The translations under genes were made by a program, and so were the position numbers. A stretch of DNA of 63,344 nucleotides, filler included, from Dirinaria sp. TL-2023a (lineage: Eukaryota), in assembly GCA_051941275.1 (NCBI GenBank). It is 5 parts of 5 records of this genome, joined end to end, with 100 filler letters (N's around TTAATTAATTAA, not from the genome) between each part and the next. Parts side by side here need not be neighbours in the genome. Positions count along the whole stretch, not along the records: positions 25,456 to 38,070 come from JAVEBF010000754.1; 4 more parts are not named here. The stretch is one strand, 5' to 3'. Positions 25,456 to 35,738 of the stretch are shown here, one piece after another (the first letter of the stretch is position 1; every line of letters begins with the position of its first letter). A model generated the notes under the pieces. It was not told the DNA's origin, searched no databases, and saw only the letters and a list, made by a program, of their open reading frames with translations.

Positions 25456-27100
25456 TTGCTCCTGTAATTAAAGCAGAAATTAATTTTGAATTGATTGTTA
25501 TTGGCTTGTTTTTGGAATATCTTGAGTTTGGGATTTTGCAATTAGAATCTATGCTTTGACGGGGTTGCTATTAGTATAGGGTTTTCTTCGGGGGACTAAT
25601 TGGTTGTCGTGCTGTCTGTTATACTGCTTGACCTTGTTATATTGCCAACAGCGGAACTGTCTGTCAGTACGGCAGTACTGCCTATTAGTACGATAGTATT
25701 GGCTAACAATACGAAAGTACGGTATATCATATCGTCCGTCACAATATCTGCCATAGTCGTCATCTGTGAAATCATGAAAAATCCGAGCACGAACCCAGTT
25801 GATCGAGAAACCTACAGCTGAGTATTCGTAGCTTTTAAGAAAGTAGCGATGACGAGAAAATCATGGAAAATATAGTAGGCTTGGAGTTTTCATCATCAAT
25901 CGTCCGTCGCTGAACAGTATAGTCATCATCAAAGTTCTCCAAAGGCAACGCTCTAATGAGCTAATTTCCATATCAGCAGTATCAGCTGTTTTTATATTTT
26001 CGGCGACGGGGATGTTTTGAAGATATGTGATTTGAGTAAGTGATATCGGAGCTTGGACTTCCCTTTCCAGTAACGGTGAACTCCGAAATATTTCATCGTA
26101 TAATAACGCCAATCTATGCCTTCGAGGGTATTGCCCAATCCTTCAAGTCTGTGGCCCATGGTTTGCGCCGCGGTTTCCGAATGCCAGTCAAGGAGCTCCA
26201 TTACGGTGAGACTCAAATCAACTTTCGTGAGGTCGGCCTCAACGTTCTGCGCCTGCGCCTCCAAATGCTGCTCAAAAGGATCCATGGCAACCGGAGACTC
26301 TAGTGGCAGTGCTTTTTTGCGGAGAGGGGAACGATGGATTTTTTCGGAGCGCTGTTATCCTATTTCGGATACAACAAAAAATTAGCGTTATAACTCGACG
26401 CTTGTACTCAGTTTCTTTGTTCGCCATTTTTAGCTCTTTGTTCCTTGTTTTCTGCGCTTACTTTTGCATTGAACATACAATATGATCGGTTTAGTGGTTC
26501 GTTTGGAGGTAGGTTTGAAGTGTAGGTAATGCGTGCTTGACGCGGTGTTTCTTTGGGTTAAATGTGCGGGGTACGCCGTCTATAGTTGTATAGAAGGTCG
26601 GTTTTCCAGGCGGTATAGGCAGCGGTTTGAAAGGTAGATAGGCAATTGCTTTTGAAGGTAAAAGTGGAGATGTAAGTGGCGGTGTCGGAGGTAAGGTTGA
26701 TGAGACAACCTTGACTCAGAGTAACAGCTTTTTGGGTTTTGGAGGTGATGATATAGGAAGTGGTGTAGGGTGTGCTTAGTGCATTTTTAGGCGCTGTCGT
26801 TGTTGCACTTGCTTATGCAACTGGTTGTATGTCTGACAAAAATCCTTAAGCTCTTTCTGATGCGCAGTAGAAGGTGGACGGTTGTTGATGAACTATCGAT
26901 GGTGATCATGGCGGAGAAGAATAATGGAGGAGCAGATGTAGGTGAGGTAACTGCGGAAGATGATTTCAGTACTGCTTCTGGTGCTGCAATTTATACTGCA
27001 ATTGGCTTCGTATATGATGGTCGCGCACATACTCATTGAAGTATAGATATCAAAGGTATATTCGCGGCGTTTCTCAAATTCTATGTCAGTAATATAGTAG
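25456..27100 (-). mobile_element. Decayed, RIP-like repeat or retroelement gag-like remnant
   Basis: TpA-rich contig end with long near-open minus-strand frames broken by stops, a Pro-rich stretch, and a terminal CFNYRS that could derive from a CFNCGS zinc knuckle. Confidence 0.35.
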
Positions 27101-27791
27101 CATGGAAAAATTTTTCTCGTATGTCATGATACCTGCAGGCGCATGGGCGAGTACCTAGTAAATAGGTGATAATGGTTATGGTGATTTCTTGATCCAGGTA
27201 AACTCGCAAGCACTATTACTCTTGACTGGCCGGTCTTACATCGTAATCTTCGATGCTATACGGCTCTGATCGACGTCATCGAAAGTCTGTCTCTGCGTGC
27301 TGTTCTCTGTAGCAAAGTTTCTTATATGTCAATGAAGATTACTAGCGTAGAGTGTCGGTGCTTTCGAAAAGAGATGAATTCGAGCTCTCGCCATATTCTT
27401 TTTTGAATCGTCATCATCGCTTTCAAGGTACGCTCTTGGGGACCCGTCTATTATTAAATAGAGAAGAATAAGCTAACAACACTATCGAAATCATGTCATT
27501 GAGTGATGATCAATGACTTTGAAATCTAATATGTGTTGTACAATGTGGTTCTTGTAACAGAGCTGCGAATTTTAATGAACAACGCTCTTTGTTCTGCAAC
27601 TCGGGAAAGACTGATGGTCATATCTTTTGATATGATCGATATGGGATGAATTAGAAATAAGTCTTACAACATATATGTTTTGGGACCGAAATTGAAGAAA
27701 AATCGGGTCTCACACGCGATTTGATATGTGAATTCAATGTCTCCTCGCGATCCTCCCACATCTTTTGCCTATATAATCCACACATCCAGCC

Positions 27792-28880
27792 TCACCCAAT
27801 CGATTGCGCAAAGCCAAGATACCCCTCCCCATTATCAAAATACGTATAGTACGCCTTCACAAACAACGCCCCAAAATTGGCTGGCCCGCTCTGCGGTTGC
27901 TTCACAACCCCACATCTACACGCCCCAGTCCTTGCGTTCTGCACCACATACAAATTACTCGAAACCATATACTCATTCCCGCTCCCAAACGTAAACACGA
28001 TATCCGGCGCCACGCCTCTCTGCCCACAGTCGATAGCCCCCGTGTTCGCATCCGCACCTACTTGCGCCCAGATTGCTTCGGCAGAAGCAGCATCGACATT
28101 GATCAGTGGGTTACCGGTGTCGATGAAAGCGTATTGCGGGGCGAGATTGCCTTGGAAGCCGTTCACGCTGTAGGCGCCGCCGCCGAGATCGAAAGTCCAG
28201 TGCGCGGCGCCGGGGATGAGATTCTCCCATGCGAAATCACCGTAGTAGAGATCACTGTTGACGTCGTTGGGAGTGATGAAGCCTCCGCCGCCGAGGTCGT
28301 CGCTGGAGAGGTAGATTCCGAAAGAACCCCATCCTAGCGCTGCGAGCGGGCAGTTGCTAGTCGTTTTTCCTACGTTACCCGTACAGGGCCCGAGACCAAA
28401 TACCCCGTCCGCGTCATCAGCATAAGTCCCCTCGTTGGACACGAGACAGAAAGCGCTTGAGGAGGGCGTCGTGGTGCCGGCGAAGTTGTACGGCGCGGTG
28501 TATACGGTGCCGCTGATGCCTTGGCTATTGCCACCGTAGGCTTCGTTGCAGCCAGGGGAGCCAGGATAAGGCACTATAGAGGAGTCGGGCTGGACCGTAT
28601 TGCCTGGCCCGGCGCCAGCTGTTGGAAGGAAGAGGTCTCCCGAGCCGGTGTCGACGAGGACGGAGAAGTGTTGTCCAGAGCCAAGCGTCAGGATCGCTTG
28701 ATAGTTCTTTTGGGTGTTTTCATCCATTTGCTCGGTTGAGTCTTGGCGTTTTGGGAGGGCGCTGTGAGGTGTGATATGGAGAGGATAGCTTTGGAGATGG
28801 GGAGAGGTGGATTGGTTGAGCACTGGAGTAGCGAGGACGCTGGCGAGGAGGTTGTGCCATAGGATTGCGTGGGCCCACAT
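27792..28880 (-). CDS. Secreted pepsin-family (A1) aspartic protease, intronless
   Basis: Signal peptide MWAHAILWHNLLASVLA, Kex2-like KR, both catalytic motifs (VLVDTGSGDL, AFIDTGNPLI), flap Tyr (EAYGG), DGVFGLG and C-terminal YLGFAQ. Confidence 0.9.
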   Translation of the reverse strand: MWAHAILWHNLLASVLATPVLNQSTSPHLQSYPLHITPHSALPKRQDSTEQMDENTQKNYQAILTLGSGQHFSVLVDTGSGDLFLPTAGAGPGNTVQPDSSIVPYPGSPGCNEAYGGNSQGISGTVYTAPYNFAGTTTPSSSAFCLVSNEGTYADDADGVFGLGPCTGNVGKTTSNCPLAALGWGSFGIYLSSDDLGGGGFITPNDVNSDLYYGDFAWENLIPGAAHWTFDLGGGAYSVNGFQGNLAPQYAFIDTGNPLINVDAASAEAIWAQVGADANTGAIDCGQRGVAPDIVFTFGSGNEYMVSSNLYVVQNARTGACRCGVVKQPQSGPANFGALFVKAYYTYFDNGEGYLGFAQSIG

Positions 28881-30199
28881 TGTCGAGGTTGCTGGGCTCC
28901 TAGGATAGCGAAATTACTATCCAACAGAGTAGGTCTGACACTGCTTGGAGCTGACATTTAGCCAGGACCAAGACAAGATGAGTCTTATATATCCCATGCT
29001 GGAAGTGCGCACAGGTGACGACAGGATGATCTTTCTGATTTGTGGTGTACCTGGCTAGTGCACAAGTAGTGTGTTCATGCACCTTTTCGTCTGCTATTAC
29101 TTGAAATAGTAAGAATCTAGTTCTGTCGAGGCTTACGATTGCCCGCCTCCACGCGAAATACATGGACCTTAGACTACCTTAGGCTAAACAGTTGTGAGTG
29201 GGGGCCGCAATCAAGTGGCACCATTGGCTGCGCTCGTTGCATATTTCGAGATCTATGCGAAGTTGTGTTCATCAGCTCCATCACTGCCGAGGATGCTTTT
29301 GTTGATCCAGTTCCAGAGATTGGCGCTAATACGTGGGAAGTCTTTGGAGTTTTCCATGAAATGACGGAGTGGTCTGCCACCAGCATCTCATACCTTACCT
29401 GGGCGTGCACCCAGTTGACTGATAGTGAGCTCATCGTGCATCAATCAGGGCAGTTCGGGGTGCAGTCACTGCAGTGGACTCTGACGCTAGAGCGCTTAGG
29501 TAAACACTCGGGCGGCCCAAGAGGCTTGGCGAGCCCAGCCATGTTTCAAGCCACGGCCTGGTATCCAGTACCAGAACCACAATTAGGGTATTTCCAGGGT
29601 TAGGGTTGAATGTAGGTACCTAAGGTACCTTAGGAACACGCTGAAACACAGAATTGTTCCCCAAAAGGGTCTGAGTCCTGAGGCAAGTATCCAGTCGGGT
29701 AATCTCTGACTGTTTCGTTTCTGCTGCTCTACAAGTTGTATTCCTAAAAGAGCTGGGACTGCCATGATCAGATCGCTTTGATTGCTGCATACGTTGTATG
29801 GCTATCTCGCTAGGACGACTAGTTGTGTTCAGTATTGTTCAGTATTCAACTTGATAATTTAGTATCCAGGAAAAGCCTTCCTGGGCACGCTGTAGCCCTT
29901 GGTCATGTTATCATCTATATACGGTAACCAACAGCTTGAGGATATCGAGGGCTGAACATAGCAGGTCAACAGCTTTGGAGGGACAGCGCTAAGGCATCTT
30001 CGTCATTTTCGCTCTCTGCACGCTTCAAGGCATGCCAACTGTTTCATGCTCAGTGTCTTGGCACATATGAAGAATATCTTCTCTTTCCTCATTCAATCCT
30101 GCAGCCACGTCCCTTGCAAGCATGGTAGCCTCAAGGGATCTTCAGGAGCAGACCTAACGGAAGGCCTCATTGAGATGAGGCAAACTGTACCAAGCGAAC

Positions 30200-32473
30200 T
30201 CAAGCCATACCTTTAAATGCGCGTTCGAAACGCTCGGCGACAACCAATATCTCGGCGTCCATCCTGGATCCACCCAAAAATGTAACACTGAAAGGCAGCT
30301 CTCGCTTGTTACTAGCAGCCGATTCCGACGATTCTACGCACGTTCCTGCAGGCACAGCTATAGCGCATAGGTCCAGTACATTACCAAAATGGGTGAACTC
30401 TCCTAAGACACTATTTGTCTCAATAGGATTTCCAAGGACTTCTTCCACGGTCCAATGTTTCGGAGTTGTTGGCACAACGAGTACGTCCACACCACAGGCG
30501 CTGTACTCAAAAACTTTCTCGACCTGGCGGAGGTAGAGAGCTCTGGCTTGAAGATCTCGGTATATATCGACTGCAGAGCTTTTCCTCGCCACGACGTTGG
30601 AGAATATAGTCTCGATCACGGGGTGAAGACTACCCAGGTTTTGCTCGAGCCAATCGTCCGGTAGGCTGGCAAGCCGCTCGTACACGAAACTACCTTCGTA
30701 AAGGAGTTTACCGGCCTTTTCGAATGGTGCCCAGTCAATGAGTTGCAGCTGACCTCCCAATCGCTGGAGCATCTGCACGGAGTGGTTGAATTTGCTGCGA
30801 TAGCTAGGGCAGCAGATGGCAAGCGCCTCTGGTGGCGGGATGCCAAATTTAAAAGAGTTTGCTTGCGGTCCTAAAGAATTGACATGCCGCTGCAAAATGG
30901 GAGCGCACACTTTCGCGTATCGATCTGCTTCGTCGAATTGAACGCTCAGATTCCAGACGGTGCGTGCGTCCTCAACGCAGGTTGCAATGAGAGCGATGCA
31001 ATCTAGAGATAAGCAAGCTGGTGTAACACCATGGGCCGAGATCAAGCCTCGGGTCGGTTTGAAACCCACTACACCGTTGAATCCTGACGGCACCCGTCCT
31101 GATCCAGCAGTATCCGTAGCTAGTGAGAACGACACCAAGCCGGCGCCGACGCTCACACAGCTCCCACTTGAGGATCCTCCGGATATATGATCACGACTGA
31201 ACACAGATCGAGTAATGCCGTACGGGGAGCGGCAACCAGTAAGGCCTGTGGCCAATTGATCCAGATTAGTCTTGCCAACGAAGATTGCCCCTTGCGAAAT
31301 AATTGTCTGGTACGAACGCGCACTCAGAGACGGTATCTGCGCTAACGGCGGGCAAGCCGTTGTTGTCGGCAAGCCTGCAATGTCAATACTATCTTTGACA
31401 CTAAAGGGCACTCCAAACAAAGGGGGAAGTGCTTCACGATGTGGCCATTTGCTCTGCAGCTGTCTTGCCTGTTCTAGAACCGACTGCCGCGGCTCTCTAT
31501 AGATCCACACTGCAGGGTCGATCTCTGTATATTTCTCAATTCTACTCAAGGCCTCCTCCACGACAGTCACGGGCGATAGACCATGACGGTAGCTTTCCTG
31601 TAAATTTGCAATACCGAGGTCTCCGTTGAAAGAAGGAGGGGTGTGTGGAGGAGTCGTGCTAGCACAGGTATTTGTGGTTGAGATATACGGAGTAAGGCAC
31701 CTGATGAACGATTCCAATTTAGCTACGAAACCAAATAATCCTTGCGACCAATGTAACATCCGTAGTGAACAGCTTTTAAACTCCTCGTTATATCCAGCGG
31801 TGGCTTCTTCGATTCCGCCTTCACACGGATACTATCAGTCGCTGCCTTGTCTTACTGATAACATCAATTGAACAACACGGGAAGACTCACAGCACTCAAA
31901 CCCTCTGTCATTGGCTTCTCGAATAGTTGTCGCGAAACAGCATTCTGTCGTTACACCGCTCACAATAAGATGCGTAACAGATTTTGCTTTTAGCCTATCC
32001 ATCAAAGAGGTATTCCAAAAGGCGCCTTTGCCTGGCTTGTCAATTACGACCTCGCTCGGCCTTGGTTGCAACTCGTCGATTATGTCCTGCCCGTACTCTC
32101 CTCGTACGAGCAGCCGACCCATTTCGCCCTTCTCCCCGATCACTTTACAATGTCGCGATTCCCCTGGGGCTGCAGCTTGACGGTGTAGCTTTGAAGATGG
32201 GCAATCTGACAGGTCTGGCTTTTGACCCTCCCGAGTATGGAAGACAGCTAATCCAGCCTGCCGACAGGCGTTCAGAAGCCGCGCAGTGGGAGCGATCGAA
32301 GATTGTACGGCTTCAAGAGAGCCACCCTGAATCTGCCCGAAGCCTCCTTCCAGCAGGAAATCTCGTTGCATATCAATGACAAGCAATGCAGTCCTAGCGA
32401 AAGGGAATTGGAATTCATACGGCTCCGCCTCGACGGCGAGCATAGATGGACGACTCGATTTTTCAGAAATCAT
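30200..32473 (-). CDS. Fusion: isochorismatase-family cysteine hydrolase (triuret/biuret hydrolase-like) + amidase-signature allophanate hydrolase-like domain, 2 exons, 733 aa
   Basis: Exon 1 (32473..31891): ALLVIDMQRDF, HTREG, IDKPGKGAF, GVTTECC, REANDRGFEC. Intron 31890..31819 (GTGAGT...CTGAT...AAG) restores CGIEEATAGY...WSQGLFG in frame with the 519-aa ORF. That ORF carries VKDSID, GKTNLDQLATGLTGCRSPYG, GGSSSGS and TDTAGSGRVP. Confidence 0.88.
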
Positions 32474-32639
32474 ATTCGTGACCTCAGGTTGCCTACGATG
32501 CAGCGAAAAGTGCCTGCCGCCTCAATTCGTCGAAGAAATCGAGTATGAAAGGGACGATCTTTCACCCACCCAAGGAGCTGTAGCACAGGTGACTTGGAAA
32601 AGAAGACCGATTTCCGTAGGTCCCCTCATTCAGCCCCAG

Positions 32640-33030
32640 TTATCTCCACCATTGGTGCTTTGCCTGGTATGTCCATCTCGTAGATAGGCCCGACGGCCCC
32701 CGACGGCCGGCGGAGGCGCATTTTGCGGGGTCCGACTTGAGGCTCTACCAGCCCTCCCACCTGTAAACAGATTACGCTAATCTGGTCTAGACCCTACATC
32801 CCATCTAATCTGGCAGAATTGGGGACTTGCTGTATCCCAGGCCACACCACTATTCAGGACTGAAGAGCCTTATCAGCAAAGATTATTTACACGTACGGTC
32901 GCTGTCGCTGAATCTTAGAGACATATAACGCGGCGTCGGCACAGCCATAGCTATGGTTCACTATCGATGCTCTTATCCCTGGGATCTGGCCTCGGGCATC
33001 ATGTATATATATAGCGGAAAAGCTGCTATC
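32640..33030. promoter_or_regulatory. Divergent promoter with HGATAR sites, tandem CCGACGG elements and a TATA-like tract
   Basis: TTATCT at 32640, AGATAG at 32682, TTATCA at 32870; CCGACGGCC at 32690 and 32700; TATATATATA near 33004, upstream of the permease ATG at 33113. Confidence 0.5.
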
Positions 33031-33112
33031 ATAGGAGTGACTTCGAATACAAACAACCTGGCCTTACTGCTTCTTCTACTATTGCTCCCTTGACCATTCT
33101 TTTGGCCCGAAG

Positions 33113-34916
33113 ATGTCGTTCCTATCTTCCAATCGTCTGAAGGCCCGGATCGCGCCTCACCTGCGTGCACGGGTCCCATATGAGGCAGGCATCTACGCAA
33201 ACAGCCCACGCTGGTCAAATAAAGGTTAAATGCGTTCGCACTGCCATGCGAGCTCTTGCTGACGTTTTCATGTTCCAGATCTTGATCCAGTGCCTGTGCA
33301 TATGAGGACATGGGGTGGCATCGTAAATTAAGCCTTATTTGATGACGCTGATTTGTGGTATTGGACTGGCTAACGTCGCGACAGGATTATTGGGCTTACT
33401 GGACATCCGACATGCTCGCGCCGCCGCTCGCAAGTACTGTGTCCTCCGTCATGGCCCTAGGATTCGCAGCGAGGGAAACGATTCCGATCGTCTTCTTTGG
33501 ATTCGCGATCTGTAGTGTGGTCATCACACTCACAGGGAAGATGGGTGCTCAGTATAGTGTCGCGTTCCCAGTCATCGTTCGCTCAATCTTCGGGATGTAC
33601 GGTTCCTATCCTGCCATCTGCATCAGAGCCTTCGTTGCCGCTATGTGGACTGCAATCCTATGCGTTCAAGCCGGTGGATTTCTGCAAAATTGTATCGAAG
33701 CAATCTGGCCTAGCTTCAAAAGATTTCCCAATCACCTAGCCCCTGATGCAGGTATCACATCAGCCGGCATGTTATGTTTCTTCCTTTACTGGATATTCCA
33801 AACGATATTGGCAACAATGCCCATTCAAAAGCTAAGGATCTTGTTCCTCGTCAAAGCAGTCATCGTTCCTCCGACGTTTGCAGCTCTGTTCCTGTGGGGT
33901 GTCGTTGTGACCAAGGGCGGGGGCCCTCTGGTAACAGGCCAAGCCAAGATGACAAGCCCCTACATGAATACTGCTTTCTCGGCATTGACTGGTCTGAATG
34001 CTATAATCGGACTCTTCTCCTCTATGGCTGTCAACATGCCAGACTTTGGCAGGTTCTCAAAGAATGGTCTTGCAGGGTACCATCAATTCTTCGCTTTACC
34101 GGTCATTGGGACCTTAGGTGCTCTTACACCAATCTTTGTTACGTCAGCCCACAGCTACATCTGGGGCGAATTCCAGTGGTACATGCCTGCTGTCATCGAA
34201 AACTTCGACAGTCGGGCAGCTCAGTTCTTTACCGCTTTCTCCTTCATGCTCGCCACTATCGGCAACCAAATCGCAGCGGGCACCTATCCCTTCAGCAATG
34301 ATGTGTCGGGGCTTTGTCCCAAATACATCAACATCTTTCGCGCTACTGTGATTATATCTGTATTTTGCGTTGTCTGTACGCCGTGGAACATCATCAAGAA
34401 TGCTGCTGGCCTGCTCGCTTTCCTGTCTGGTTACTCCTGCTTGATGGGGCCTTTGGCCGGCGTTATGGTCAGCGACTTCTATCTTGTCAAGAAGCGGAAG
34501 CTTGATGTCCATGAACTCTACAAAGATCATGGTATCTACTACTACAGCTACGGCGTGAATTGGAGAGCCTTCGCTGCATTCGGGATCGCTTTCGCGCCAC
34601 TCGTTCCTGGATTCGCCAAGTCCATTAATAATAATTTGGCAGTCGGAGGAGCTTGGAAGGTAATGTTCGGCCTTGGTATGGAGAACTTTATATGGCCTGG
34701 CTAATCAAGCGACAGATTTATACCTTCGCCTGGCTGTTCGGCTTCTTCATTGCCCTTCTGAGCTACTACATCATCTGCACTTACATCTCGCCAATCACTG
34801 GCGCTTTAGTCGAGAACGCAGTCCTTCCACCGCAGAGGGGAGATGCCAGTCCAAGTATCGAGAGTGTGTACGAGACCAAAAATGGTATGCAGGCGGAGAC
34901 GAAGGAGGTAGTGTAA
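33113..34916 (+). CDS. NCS1-family nucleobase/allantoin permease (Fur4/Dal4-like), 4 exons
   Basis: Hand-read exons MSFLSS...RWSNK-DLDPVPVHMRTWGGI-DYWAYW; FPVIVRSIFGMYG, NMPDFGRF, PWNI, FLSGYSCLMGPLAGVMVSDFY, GVNWRA; final exon IYTFAWLFGF...; about 12 TM segments. Confidence 0.92.
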
Positions 34917-35738
34917 TGTCGTTCACATACGAAATCCGACATTGGTGTCATGCAGCGTGGCTTGCCAACCGCGTGCAATTCGACCTTTTTCCATTGATTT
35001 AGTCGAAGATTCCTCACTCTTACTCTAGTAGTACCTTTGACGTCGCGAAAAAGTGAAATAGTATGATGGAAATGTGGGCGCATTGTCCTTTCCCACGCTC
35101 CCGGTGTTGCAAATGAATGGTAATCCGCTTTAGCCATGGCAGTCTCGGACATAGGAGTAACAGATCACCATTTATTTGCGGCACCGGGAGCCGTGTCTCC
35201 CATATCGTGCCGAGCTTCGAGACTCGTCGATGCCTAAATGGCTTTTTATCAAGGTCCCTAGGTACACCTCATTGAAGGGCAGAGACTGTTCCAGCATGCA
35301 AGCCCCTTTTGACTAGGCTTGATTCATCGAAGATCGAAGCGCGGAGAGCCAATAAGAGCCGCAGCTCGCTTACTTATCTCGATCTAGGCTTCTTATCTTG
35401 ACATTTTCTTACTTGTCACCCTCCTCTCCACGTGATGCACCGCGTTCATCCAACGTAAGGTAGATTGTCCTGAACGGTAGACATAAGCTCATCGTACACA
35501 CAGTCCTTGCCGTCGCAAAACTCCGGCATAGCGGATGTCAATGCTCATAAGTTTTCTGCTTCGCATATCGTGACGGATCAGGGGTCTCAACCAGCTCTAA
35601 GCCTATGATCAATTCCCGAGCTAACTGGGTAATGAAGACGCAGTAACACACGATGACCCGCCAATCTTGCCCGGGTAATGTCAACGAAATACCAATTGGA
35701 GCTAATCTGTACATAAGAAGATTGTACTTTCAGCAACG

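Noticed and set aside
29139..29603. 154-aa ORF between the protease and the amidase fusion as a fourth cluster gene
   Set aside because: Non-ATG start and no recognisable motif on either strand.
31835..32473. Stand-alone 212-aa isochorismatase ORF
   Set aside because: The ORF runs into an intron and lacks the C-terminal part of the fold, which is found in frame at the start of the amidase ORF.
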